Shown here one piece after another: positions 16,867 through 25,889 of a DNA stretch of 32,000 nucleotides. The position numbers and the translations under genes are program-made. The stretch is taken from positions 2,940,001 through 2,972,000 of the forward strand of contig NC_020409.1 in NCBI RefSeq assembly GCF_000341895.1. Direction: 5' to 3'. The notes below the pieces were generated by a model that saw nothing but the letters and a program-made list of their open reading frames with translations, had not been told where the DNA came from and ran no database searches. Each line of letters opens with the position of its first letter. Within the stretch, counting starts at the first letter, position 1. The stretch is from Pseudodesulfovibrio piezophilus C1TLV30. GTDB lineage: Bacteria > Desulfobacterota > Desulfovibrionia > Desulfovibrionales > Desulfovibrionaceae.

Positions 16867-17211
16867 ATCTTAAAAGGGGAGAGAGGGACAAAGGCACGAA
16901 AAAGGGGAGCCGCATAGCGACTCCCATTTTCGAGGTCCCGGCAAGCCGGGGTCCGAACCATGTTTTCAGGCAATTAGGTGTGGGTTGCGGTCCAATCCTT
17001 ATTTGCGCCGTTGGAGGTGTTTGGTTCGGCCTAAGAGAGTGAGTTCCAGTCCAATCCTGCTGCCAGGATTTTCAGGACTCGGGGTACTGGTGCCAGCACT
17101 GGCGTCCAATGGTAAGGTCCGTTTTATATCAAATTGGAAAACGTCGTTGTTTTCCGCAATAGGATCCGTTCCGTCCGGCAGTGCTTCTCTCAGGCCTTTT
17201 CACCTGTGGAC

Positions 17212-17799
17212 TTATATGTCCTGATCAAGTCCCACTGTCAGACTGCGTTTAACGTGCTTGATAGTCTCATCGAAAATCCCATCGGACTTGTACGGTGTCA
17301 AAAGAGAAGTTCTGACACTGCCGACGATGTTACCGTAGATGATCAGCGCTGTTTCCTCCGGAGGGAGATCGCGGACCGAGCCATCGGCTATCCCGAGAGA
17401 CACGCATCGTTTCAGTTCTTCAATGAAGATACTGAATTTCTCAGCCACTCTGGCGGCATCAACGCCCGGTTCCATGTGGCTGAAGGGGGAGCAGCGAAGC
17501 AAAACCGGGAATCCGGTCCGGTGCTGTTCCGTAAAGTCAAAGTAGGCGGTCATGTAGCTGATGATACCATCCAACCCTGTGGGTTGGTTACTGGTCGCTT
17601 CCTGTAAACAGGCTATCAGCCTGTCCGCCATGTCAAATCCCGCGGCAAGGAACAAGTCCTGTTTACTGCCGAAGTAGTGTGATACCAATCCGAAGGAAAC
17701 CTCTGCCCTTCCTGCCACGTCTTTGACTGTGGCTGCCGTAAATCCCAGTTGCCCGAAGGCTTCCTGGGCAGCCTTGAGTATCGCTTCCTTTTTTGTCAT
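17212..17799 (-). CDS. TetR/AcrR family transcriptional regulator
   Basis: The N-terminal HTH is KKEAILKAAQEAFGQLGFTAATVKDVAGRAEVSFGLVSHYFGSKQDLF. The track ORF starts at 17844, which lies inside the operator palindrome, so the ATG at 17799 (MTKKEAIL) is preferred. Confidence 0.9.
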   Translation of the reverse strand: MTKKEAILKAAQEAFGQLGFTAATVKDVAGRAEVSFGLVSHYFGSKQDLFLAAGFDMADRLIACLQEATSNQPTGLDGIISYMTAYFDFTEQHRTGFPVLLRCSPFSHMEPGVDAARVAEKFSIFIEELKRCVSLGIADGSVRDLPPEETALIIYGNIVGSVRTSLLTPYKSDGIFDETIKHVKRSLTVGLDQDI

Positions 17800-17830
17800 A
17801 TCCACCACTTCTCCCTTTCGGGACGGCGTC

Positions 17831-17886
17831 GATTGATTGTGCAATCAATCTGTTGAGTCCGTTCTAGATTGATTGAGCAATCAGTG
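17831..17886. promoter_or_regulatory. tandem palindromic operators upstream of the TetR gene
   Basis: GATTGATTG-tg-CAATCAATC (17831-17850) has perfect 9-bp arms. A second, imperfect copy, GATTGATTG-ag-CAATCAGTG, is at 17867-17886. The first lies 32 nt upstream of the TetR ATG. Confidence 0.65.
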
Positions 17887-18004
17887 TCAAGCCGTTTTTC
17901 GATTTTTTCCCGCTACGACGTTCTTTTTTTGTTGTCGCATCAGTGTTTCTGCCATGCAGGAAGGGGGCTTTGTTCCCCTTCCTAAGTCCCCTCAACGTAC
18001 TTTT

Positions 18005-19780
18005 TTATTTTGAATTCTTCTGAATCTTGGCCCACGAATCCCGGAGTGTTGCCGTGCGATTGAAAACCGGTTTTTCTCCTGGTTTGTGGTCTTTGCTATC
18101 AGCACAGAAATATCCTGTTCGTTCGAACTGGAAGTTCGTGCCCGGTGCCATCTCTCCCAGAGCTGGTTCCACCCAGCACTCATCGCGGACTTCGAGGGAG
18201 TGCGGATCGACGTAATCGACAAAGGTTTTCCCTTCTTCCGGGGCATTGGGATTTTCGCAGGTAAACAAGTTTGAATAGTTGCGAACTTCGGCCTTGAGAG
18301 CATGGGGAGCTGAAACCCAGTGCATGGTTCCTTTGACCTTGCGGCCATCCTTTGACCAGCCTCCCTTGGTTTCAGGGTCATAGGTCGCCCGTATTTCGAC
18401 TATAGTGCCATTTTCATCTGTGTCGTATCCCGTGCAGGTGACATAATAGGCAAAGCGCAAGCGTACTTCACGTCCCGGTCCCATGCGGAAGAATTTTTTC
18501 GGTGGTTCTTCCATGAAATCGGCTCGTTCGATCCAGAGTTCCCTGGAAAACGGGACGATGCGTTCTCCATAGGTTTCATCTTCAGGGTGTAGCGGCATGG
18601 AGAATTCATCCACTTGGCCTTCAGGATAATTTTCTATGACCAGTTTGACCGGGTCCATGACTCCCAGATATCGCGGTGCTCGTTCATTGAGGTCCTGGCG
18701 AACGCAGTGTTCGAGCAGGGCATATTCGACAGTGGTGCCAGCCGCCTTAGCCACGCCGATTTTCTCGCAAAAATCGCGGATGGATTCCGGGGTGTATCCA
18801 CGGCGGCGAAAGCCGGAAATTGTCGGCATACGCGGATCATCCCACCCCGAAACATGCCCTTCCTGAACCAACTGGATAAGCTTACGCTTGGACAGGACGG
18901 TTCCCGATATGTTGAGTCTGGCAAATTCATACTGGTAAGGGCGCTGGTTGAATCCGGGAAGTGTTGCCAGTTCGCTGTAAACGGCTTCGTTTTCGCCAAA
19001 AAGTTCAGGCTGCCTCAGGCCTTCCATGAGCGTCTCGACACACCAATTGTACAGCGGGCGGTTGTTCTCGAATTCCAGTGTGCAGATGGAATGTGTGATT
19101 CCTTCGATGGCATCAGACAATCCATGGGTAAAATCATACATGGGGTAAATACACCATGCATCACCAGTGCGATGATGTGTGGCGTGTTTGATACGGTACA
19201 AAGCTGGGTCGCGCAGCATGACATTAGCGGCAGCCATGTCTATTTTGCCACGGAGGATGCATTCGCCGTCCTGCATTTCTCCGGCCCGCATGGAGCGGAA
19301 CAGGGAGAGATTTTCTTCCGCGCTGCGGTCCCGATAGGGTGAATTGACACCCGGCTGCTTGAGAGTCCCGCGGTTCTCACGGATTTCCTCGGCGGTCTGG
19401 TGGTCCACATAGGCCTTGCCCATCTTGATGAAAAGCTCGGCGATGAGGTACAGTTTTTCAAAATAATCCGAGGCGTAGAAATTGTTATCCCACTCAAAAC
19501 CCAGCCACTGGACGTCTTCTCGAATGGAGTCGACGTATTCAGTATCCTCTTTAACCGGGTTCGTATCATCGAAACGCAGGTTGCATTTGCCTGCATAGTC
19601 TCGGGCGAGGCCGAAGTTCAGGCAGATGGACTTGGCATGGCCTATATGCAGGTACCCGTTAGGTTCGGGGGGGAAACGCGTATGAACCCTGCCGTTGTAT
19701 TTCCCTGTTTCAATATCCTTATCTATAAGGGTCCGGATGAAATCCTTTCCTTTTTCTGGTGCTTCAGGCGTGTTGCTCAT
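18005..19780 (-). CDS. glnS: glutamine--tRNA ligase
   Basis: Class I signatures are present: [14 protein letters not shown] (HIGH) and GTVLSKRKL (KMSKS-like), with GlnRS-type N- and C-terminal domains. The track ORF extends to 19888. The ATG at 19780 ([16 protein letters not shown]) gives a normal-length protein. Confidence 0.95.
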   Translation of the reverse strand: MSNTPEAPEKGKDFIRTLIDKDIETGKYNGRVHTRFPPEPNGYLHIGHAKSICLNFGLARDYAGKCNLRFDDTNPVKEDTEYVDSIREDVQWLGFEWDNNFYASDYFEKLYLIAELFIKMGKAYVDHQTAEEIRENRGTLKQPGVNSPYRDRSAEENLSLFRSMRAGEMQDGECILRGKIDMAAANVMLRDPALYRIKHATHHRTGDAWCIYPMYDFTHGLSDAIEGITHSICTLEFENNRPLYNWCVETLMEGLRQPELFGENEAVYSELATLPGFNQRPYQYEFARLNISGTVLSKRKLIQLVQEGHVSGWDDPRMPTISGFRRRGYTPESIRDFCEKIGVAKAAGTTVEYALLEHCVRQDLNERAPRYLGVMDPVKLVIENYPEGQVDEFSMPLHPEDETYGERIVPFSRELWIERADFMEEPPKKFFRMGPGREVRLRFAYYVTCTGYDTDENGTIVEIRATYDPETKGGWSKDGRKVKGTMHWVSAPHALKAEVRNYSNLFTCENPNAPEEGKTFVDYVDPHSLEVRDECWVEPALGEMAPGTNFQFERTGYFCADSKDHKPGEKPVFNRTATLRDSWAKIQKNSK

Positions 19781-19945
19781 GGCTCCGTATCCTTGCTGAG
19801 TGAAGCCCCGATGGGGGCTATATCGAATTTTGAAAGCGGGTAAATGATACACCCCGCCGGGAATTGGGAATACGGTAAAACGTGTCAAGGGTCAACGAAT
19901 GGCTCAAAAGTGTCTCTTTGTTGGGTAGAAATATGGACGTGAACT

Positions 19946-20749
19946 ATGATTTGCGGCATATGGATCAGTATGAACTCCTTTTTGCATAAAGTTCTTTGCG
20001 TATGTCTTGGGGGAGTCTTTGCTCTTTTGTTGGGGGGCTCGGCACGCGCCCGAGAACTCCATGTGGGTATCGGGTATGCTATTCCCCCTTATGTCATAAC
20101 GGAGTCGGATGCCGGATTGGAAGTTGATATCATCAGGCAAGCCTTGCTGGAGGCTGGATATGAATCTCTTTTCATCTATCTGCCGAATCTGCGGTTGCCT
20201 GTGGAATTCGCCAAAGGCAATCTCGATTGTGTGGCAGCGAATTCAGTCTATGATCTGGGCAAAGACTCGGGGCGAAGCGCTTTTCCTTCTCAGAAAACAA
20301 TAGCGTATCGGAATTATGCGATAACTCTCAGGGATGATTGGCTCCATATCGCTTCAATCAATGATTTGGCTGGTAAAACAGTCCTTGGTTTCAATAACGC
20401 AAGGCTTTTTTTGGGGCCGGAATTCAGAGCCATGGCTCGTTTAAATACGAATTATCGGGAGCTTGACGACCAGTCGCTTCAGGTGCGGATGTTATTTGCG
20501 CGTCGAGCGCAGGTTGTCATTGCCGATAAATTCATTTTTCTGTGGTGGAGAGAGTATCTGAAAAAAGTTTCACCATCCATGAAAAGGGAGCTGTCACTTC
20601 CCCTGGCTTTTCATGAGATCTTTCCGCCATCTCCCCGCAGAGTCTCCTTTGCATGGCCTGAAGTACGGAGTGCCTTTGATTCAGCCCTTGATGAGCTGCG
20701 CAAAAGCGGTCGCTTGGAAAGTATCATTAACCAATATATTCAGCCATGA
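19946..20749 (+). CDS. periplasmic solute-binding protein, family 3 (PBP2 type)
   Basis: 267-aa ORF with a signal-peptide-like N-terminus (VLCVCLGGVFALLLGGSARA). The pattern IGYAIPPYV...GLEVDIIRQAL is typical of amino-acid/polar-solute binding proteins. An alternative start at 19970 (MNSFLHK) is equally plausible. No ABC permease or ATPase gene is adjacent. Confidence 0.75.
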   Translation: MICGIWISMNSFLHKVLCVCLGGVFALLLGGSARARELHVGIGYAIPPYVITESDAGLEVDIIRQALLEAGYESLFIYLPNLRLPVEFAKGNLDCVAANSVYDLGKDSGRSAFPSQKTIAYRNYAITLRDDWLHIASINDLAGKTVLGFNNARLFLGPEFRAMARLNTNYRELDDQSLQVRMLFARRAQVVIADKFIFLWWREYLKKVSPSMKRELSLPLAFHEIFPPSPRRVSFAWPEVRSAFDSALDELRKSGRLESIINQYIQP

Positions 20750-20883
20750 ATGAATTTTGGAAACGCGAAATTCCATCTTTGATATAGCTGTTTCCTGTTC
20801 CGTTGCGCCTTCCTGAATGGCTGTGTTTCCTTGAAGGTCTTTGAGAGGAAGAGTGTGCTGTGTGGGGTACTCCCCCACGAAGA

Positions 20884-20898
20884 GTGACCGACGGTCAC
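20884..20898. promoter_or_regulatory. perfect 7-1-7 palindrome GTGACCG-A-CGGTCAC upstream of ACD paralog 2
   Basis: Seen directly in the sequence. It lies about 25 nt upstream of a sigma-70-like pair: TTGACC (20923-20928), a 17-nt spacer, then TAACCT (20946-20951). Confidence 0.3.
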
Positions 20899-20987
20899 AA
20901 AGTGTGTCCTGCGCACACCCCATTGACCCGATCTTGCTGCTGGCTTAACCTGCCTGCATTTCATGAACTTTTCACCGGGGGATTCTG

Positions 20988-23426
20988 ATGCCCATGACCA
21001 ATCATGCCTTTGGTGCAGTCGAGGTTTGTATCGACTACGCCGCCATCAACGGGATTTTTGAGGCTGCTGCCGCTGAAGGGCGTGAGACGCTGTTCGAATA
21101 TGAGGTCTATTCTCTTCTCCGGGATTCTGGTGCGGAGACTCCGCCGCGATCTGTTTTGTTGACACGAGGGGGACGCCCCTCGGACAAGGAACTTGCCGCG
21201 CTGCCTGGTGACCGTGTGGTGCTCAAGATCGTCTCGCCGAACATAGTGCACAAGACTGAAGTGGGAGGCGTTGTCGTGGTGGAAAATTCGCCGGACAAAA
21301 TCAGGTCGGCATGGCGGCGCATGGTGTATGAGGTGCCGGAGAGGTGTGCGGCCATGTTTGAACACTCGCCGGACTCTGCCCCGAAAGTCTATGCTGGTCT
21401 TGAAGGAGATGCCTTGAATGCGGCCATTGCAGCTGATATCAGGGGAGTGCTCATGGTTGAATTTATGCGTCCTGATTCCCAGGCGTTCGGGAATGAATTA
21501 ATTGTGGGAATCAGGAGAACAAGAGAATTCGGCATGGTTATTGGGGCCGGTTTGGGTGGTACTGACACTGAACTCTATGCTGAACGATTTAGAAAAGGAC
21601 AAGCTATAGCAGCCTCTTCAACGGCATTGACTGACGGTGAAACTTTTTTCAAATTATTTCGCAACACACTTTCTTATAAAAAGCTGGCAGGATTGACCCG
21701 TGGCCAGCGGCGTCTTGTGACTGATGAACAACTCATTGAATGTTTTTCCTCCTTTATTGATATGGCGAACTTTTATTCGCCGGAAAATTCCGATGCACCT
21801 TTTATTATCGAAGAGCTGGAGATAAATCCTTTTGCGTATGCTGATTATCTCATGGTTCCGCTTGATGGGATGTGCCGTTTTTCCCGTCCTGGTGTTCTCC
21901 CCGCATCCCGGCCAGTGGAAAAAATAGGTCACCTTTTGCATCCTCGAACCATTGGGATTGTTGGCGTTTCCTCCACACGGATGAATTTTGGCAGAATCAT
22001 TCTCAAGAACATCCTTGATGCCGGATTTGATCCTGAGGACGTGGTTGTCGTGCGTTCCGGGATTGAGTCAATTGACGGGGTCCGCTGTGTCGAGAGCCTG
22101 CGAGCCCTTGAGGCTTCACTCGATTTGTTTGTTGTGGCCGTGGGGGCGGAGCAGGTTCCGGGGTTGGTGGAAGAAGTCATTGAGCGAGAGTGCGCCGAGT
22201 CGGTCATGCTCATTCCCGGAGGGTTGGGAGAGACTGCCGAAAGTGAAGAGCGTGCTCGGGAAGTGGTGAGTCGAATCAATGCAGCCCACGCCACAGGAGG
22301 TGGCCCTGTCTTCCTCGGTGGAAACTGCATGGGAGTCGTCTCCCGGCCCGGAGCCTACGATACATGGTTCATACCGGAGGAGAAGTTGCCCAAATTTTCT
22401 TCCGGCAAGCATCATCGGGCGGCATTCATCTCGCAGTCCGGCGCGTTCATGCTCACGCGATTATCCCAATGCCCACTTTTGGACCCTGCTTACATGGTCT
22501 CCGTGGGCAATCAGACGGATCTGACCCTTGGTGATCTGGTGAGTTGGTTTGCCGATTGCGATGATGTGGATGTCATTGCTATTTATGCCGAAGGCTTCAA
22601 TGACATGGATGGGCTTGCTTTTTGCCGAGCCGTGCGGCGTGCCGTTTTGGCTGGCAAGGATGTCGTTTTTTACAAGGCGGGCAGGACACCTGAAGGCAAG
22701 TCTGCGACCAGCGGGCATACAGCGTCACTGGCCGGGGATTACACCGTGTGCGAATCCTGTGTTCGTCAGGCTGGGGCAGTAGTGGCGCAATCTTTTACTC
22801 AATTTGAGAATCTGTTCATGCTCGCTGAAAGACTCCACTCCAAGACCATTGCCGGGAATCGCCTTGCAGCAATGTCAGGGGCGGGATTTGAAGCTGTGGG
22901 AATGGCTGATTCCATCCATTCTGATGATTATCGCATGACCCTCGCTCCTCTGGCGAAAAATACGGTGGCTGCGCTTGAAGCCCTTTTTGTTGCAAACCGC
23001 CTTGACGGGTTGGTCACCGTGACAAATCCGTTGGATATTACCCCAGGTTCCAATGACCATGTCCATGCCGAAGCCATTCGTCTTCTGGCTCAGGACTCTG
23101 GTGTTGACGCCGTCGTCGCCGGACTTGACCCCATGTCACCTGTGATGCGTACCCTGGCAGACCCGAACCATGCCGAATTTCATTTCGAAGATGAGCGGTC
23201 CATCGCCGCGCTTCTGGAAGATCTGCTGCCATCCCTTGATACTCCTGTGATCGGAGTGGTTGATGGAGGGCGTCTCTATGATCCTTTGGTTGACAAACTC
23301 AAGGAGGCTGGGCTCTGTACTTTCCGTACTTCCGACCAGGCCGTGGCGGCCCTCGCACAATACCTTGACGGGAGACTTAATGCGCAGCGTATTCGCCGGA
23401 TCGACAAAACTGAAGGTCAGTGCTGA
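20988..23426 (+). CDS. acetate--CoA ligase (ADP-forming) family protein, fused ATP-grasp + CoA-binding + ligase domains (paralog 2)
   Basis: 812 aa, colinear with the 7948-10341 product at roughly 60-65% identity by eye. The same motifs are present: LKIVSPNIVHKTEVGGV, GLGGTDTELYAERFRKGQAI, TIGIVGVSSTRMNFG and TSGHTASLAGDY. GGGGGA lies 5 nt upstream of the ATG. Confidence 0.88.
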   Translation: MPMTNHAFGAVEVCIDYAAINGIFEAAAAEGRETLFEYEVYSLLRDSGAETPPRSVLLTRGGRPSDKELAALPGDRVVLKIVSPNIVHKTEVGGVVVVENSPDKIRSAWRRMVYEVPERCAAMFEHSPDSAPKVYAGLEGDALNAAIAADIRGVLMVEFMRPDSQAFGNELIVGIRRTREFGMVIGAGLGGTDTELYAERFRKGQAIAASSTALTDGETFFKLFRNTLSYKKLAGLTRGQRRLVTDEQLIECFSSFIDMANFYSPENSDAPFIIEELEINPFAYADYLMVPLDGMCRFSRPGVLPASRPVEKIGHLLHPRTIGIVGVSSTRMNFGRIILKNILDAGFDPEDVVVVRSGIESIDGVRCVESLRALEASLDLFVVAVGAEQVPGLVEEVIERECAESVMLIPGGLGETAESEERAREVVSRINAAHATGGGPVFLGGNCMGVVSRPGAYDTWFIPEEKLPKFSSGKHHRAAFISQSGAFMLTRLSQCPLLDPAYMVSVGNQTDLTLGDLVSWFADCDDVDVIAIYAEGFNDMDGLAFCRAVRRAVLAGKDVVFYKAGRTPEGKSATSGHTASLAGDYTVCESCVRQAGAVVAQSFTQFENLFMLAERLHSKTIAGNRLAAMSGAGFEAVGMADSIHSDDYRMTLAPLAKNTVAALEALFVANRLDGLVTVTNPLDITPGSNDHVHAEAIRLLAQDSGVDAVVAGLDPMSPVMRTLADPNHAEFHFEDERSIAALLEDLLPSLDTPVIGVVDGGRLYDPLVDKLKEAGLCTFRTSDQAVAALAQYLDGRLNAQRIRRIDKTEGQC

Positions 23427-23576
23427 TCTTTCGGCAAGGTGCTGGCTATTTCAGGGAATTTATTAGCAGATATGTATATTGTTAACAGGTGTGTATTACA
23501 AAAATGTTAATATTCTTTTCTGGAGTAATGTAGATAAAGCACTGTATATACTCGTTAAAAAGATAATAGTCTTGCA

Positions 23577-23592
23577 TGGCACTGTGTTTGCT
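23577..23592 (+). promoter_or_regulatory. sigma-54 (-24/-12) promoter abutting the activator gene start
   Basis: TGGCAC-TGTGT-TTGCT is a perfect match to TGGCAC-N5-TTGCW, with GG at 23578-23579 and GC at 23590-23591. It is preceded by a 140-bp AT-rich tract. The predicted TSS is about 23603, and the ATG of the downstream ORF is at 23604. Confidence 0.7.
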
Positions 23593-23603
23593 TTGTCCCT
23601 GCC

Positions 23604-25187
23604 ATGCTACCCACAGTGCACGGACTCAAACTTTCGGCGTTGCTCGCCATATGTCAGGCCATAGACCAAGCTCTCAATTTGGAATCCGCCTTGGATGGAG
23701 TGTTGCGCATTTTATCCGAGCAACTTTCCATGCAGCGGGCGACCGTGACCCTTTATGACCCGGAAACCGGGCATCTTTCCATCAATGCTTCGTATGGTTT
23801 AACCGTCGAGGAAAAACAACGCGGCGTGTACAAGCTGGATGAAGGTGTCACGGGGCGGATTTTCCAGACCGGTGAACCTTATTATGTCCCGGATATCGAT
23901 AAGGAGCCACTTTTTCTCGACAAGACCGGGTCGCGTCGAGTCAAGCGGGGTATGATTTCCTTTATCGGAGTACCGATCATCCTGCACGGTGATCCCATTG
24001 GCGTTCTCAATGTGGATCGGCTCTTTGCAGATGACGTGGCCTTTGAAGAAGATGTGGATTTCTTGAAGGTCGTGGCTACGCTCATAGGGCAGTTCATCAG
24101 CCTGAATGAGAAGATCATGAAGAGGGAAGCCGTGCTCAAGCGCGAAAATACTTCCCTTAAATATCAGATATCAAAGAACACCAAAGGACCATACATCGTC
24201 GGGCACAGCGCAGCCATGGTGGAGGTACAGCGCCAGATGGAAAAGGTTTCTCCGACCAGGGCCACAGTGCTTTTGCTTGGAGAATCCGGTGTCGGCAAGA
24301 CTCTTATCGCTCAGATCATCCACGAATTATCCGAGCGCAAAGGGCATCCTTTCATCAAACTAAACTGTGCTTCAATTCCCGGAAATCTTTTGGAATCCGA
24401 GTTGTTCGGTCATGAAAAAGGAGCCTATACCGGTGCCAACGGCTCCAGGCCCGGTCGATTTGAAGAAGCGGATAGTGGAACTATCTTTCTTGACGAAATT
24501 GGTGAACTGCCGTTGGCTCTTCAGGCCAAGCTCTTGCGGGTTTTACAGGAAAAGGAACTGGAACGGCTTGGATCGAACCGGACACGCAGCATTGATGTTC
24601 GTATCCTGGCCGCAACCAACCGTGACCTTGGTGACCTTGTGGAACGAGGCAAATTTAGACTGGACCTTTATTATCGTCTAAACGTCTTTCCGGTACGTGT
24701 CCCGGCACTCAGGGAACGTAAGGAAGATATTACCGGGTTGATCAACCATTTTCTCCAAAAAATGGCTGATGATTACGGAAGAACAATTCATTTTACCTCC
24801 ACAGCTCTGGATGCGCTGATCCGCTATGACTGGCCGGGGAATGTTCGGGAGATGCAAAACCTCATCGAGCGTCTTGTCATCATGTCGGACACCGAGCGCA
24901 TCAGCCTGGAGTTCCTCAAAGCCTACCTCGCTCCGGGGCAAACTTCTGCCGTGCAGGAAGTCGTTCATTTCTCGGAGGAGGCACCACGGTTTTCTTCTCT
25001 CAAGGAATTTGAGCGAAACGAGGTGCTTGCCGCATTGGAAAGAAGTGGTTGGATTCAGTACAAAGCTGCTGAAGCGTTAGGTCTGTCTGCTCGTCAGATG
25101 GGATATCGTGTCAAGAAGTACGGACTGGAATCCATGATCGCGGAAGGCCGCGCCAAGCTCAGGCGAATCAAGGAAGTGGAAATGTAA
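23604..25187 (+). CDS. sigma-54-dependent transcriptional activator, GAF + AAA+ + Fis-type HTH (NifA-like architecture)
   Basis: The GAF domain runs [28 protein letters not shown]...[10 protein letters not shown]. The AAA+ core has Walker A GESGVGKT, the sigma-54 contact loop GAYTGA, and Walker B IFLDEIG. The C-terminal HTH is [23 protein letters not shown]. Confidence 0.93.
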   Translation: MLPTVHGLKLSALLAICQAIDQALNLESALDGVLRILSEQLSMQRATVTLYDPETGHLSINASYGLTVEEKQRGVYKLDEGVTGRIFQTGEPYYVPDIDKEPLFLDKTGSRRVKRGMISFIGVPIILHGDPIGVLNVDRLFADDVAFEEDVDFLKVVATLIGQFISLNEKIMKREAVLKRENTSLKYQISKNTKGPYIVGHSAAMVEVQRQMEKVSPTRATVLLLGESGVGKTLIAQIIHELSERKGHPFIKLNCASIPGNLLESELFGHEKGAYTGANGSRPGRFEEADSGTIFLDEIGELPLALQAKLLRVLQEKELERLGSNRTRSIDVRILAATNRDLGDLVERGKFRLDLYYRLNVFPVRVPALRERKEDITGLINHFLQKMADDYGRTIHFTSTALDALIRYDWPGNVREMQNLIERLVIMSDTERISLEFLKAYLAPGQTSAVQEVVHFSEEAPRFSSLKEFERNEVLAALERSGWIQYKAAEALGLSARQMGYRVKKYGLESMIAEGRAKLRRIKEVEM

Positions 25188-25215
25188 TATTTTCGGCATA
25201 CCTCCACCCTTAGCC

Positions 25216-25252
25216 AGACAGGCCCCATCGACCGCATTGATGGGGCCTGTCT
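25216..25252 (+). terminator. strong GC-rich stem-loop between the activator and the downstream cassette
   Basis: agacaggccccatc (25216-25229) pairs perfectly with gatggggcctgtct (25239-25252) across a 9-nt loop. There is no T-run afterwards, so it could be a terminator, an attenuator or an RNA-stability element. Confidence 0.5.
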
Positions 25253-25336
25253 CGTTGTGGTGACAGAGCAGGTTGTTGTTGAACAGCGAGCCAAAACAGG
25301 TGTAGGCTTGTCTCTCGAAACATATGGAGAAAACCA

Positions 25337-25882
25337 ATGCCATCATTGAAAATAGATACATTTATGCCCCGTGAGGATCTGGCTGATTTTTTTCGCCGCT
25401 TGGCCCATGCCTTGGAAACGGGGGAAGGGGGAGAGCTTGCCTGTGCTCGTGAGTTCAAGAAAATCAAGATCAGTCTTAAGGACGAATACGGCCAGGTGTC
25501 TCTCAGGGCCAGAGTCAAGTCCGCCAGTGAGTGTCAGGCCGAAGAACCGGACTCGTTACCCAGTGAGACTCTGCACACACCCCCTGCACCGGCCAAACCG
25601 AAGTACAAGTTCCTCAAAAAACGCATGGGGTCGAGTTTCAAGGTCCTTTTCAAAATGATCCACCAGGGGAAAATGCCACCGGCAGCCGCAGTGGAAGAAT
25701 TTTTGAATGATTCAAGAATAATGGTCTCATATCCAGGGTATGGGGACCCGGCTTACGACGCTTATATGGCCGCGTGTGACGAATTTGCAGCAGCATATGA
25801 ATCCGGGGATTTGAAACGTCTCAATATGACAGTGGATACGTTGGTTCATCAAAAAGGACACTGTCACGCCAAGTACAAGTAG
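25337..25882 (+). CDS. uncharacterised protein with an amphipathic N-domain and a C-terminal ...GHCH... domain (resembles 'GAK system XXXCH domain' proteins)
   Basis: 181 aa with GGAG 7 nt upstream. The N-terminal ~60 aa (PREDLADFFRRLAHALETGEGG...KKIKISLKDEYGQVSLRARVK) resemble amphi-Trp-type domains but lack the Trp residues. A Pro/Ala-rich linker follows. The C-terminal domain is KYKFLKKRM...MVSYPGYGD...LVHQKGHCHAKYK. The family call is from memory and unverified. Confidence 0.55.
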   Translation: MPSLKIDTFMPREDLADFFRRLAHALETGEGGELACAREFKKIKISLKDEYGQVSLRARVKSASECQAEEPDSLPSETLHTPPAPAKPKYKFLKKRMGSSFKVLFKMIHQGKMPPAAAVEEFLNDSRIMVSYPGYGDPAYDAYMAACDEFAAAYESGDLKRLNMTVDTLVHQKGHCHAKYK

Positions 25883-25889
25883 GTGGGAA

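Noticed and set aside
16948-17031. An element of about 82 nt with 8-10 bp terminal pairing that superficially resembles a tRNA acceptor stem
   Set aside because: It has no D-loop, no T-loop (GTTCRANNC), no anticodon-arm geometry and no U8. It is kept only as part of the structured non-coding region finding.
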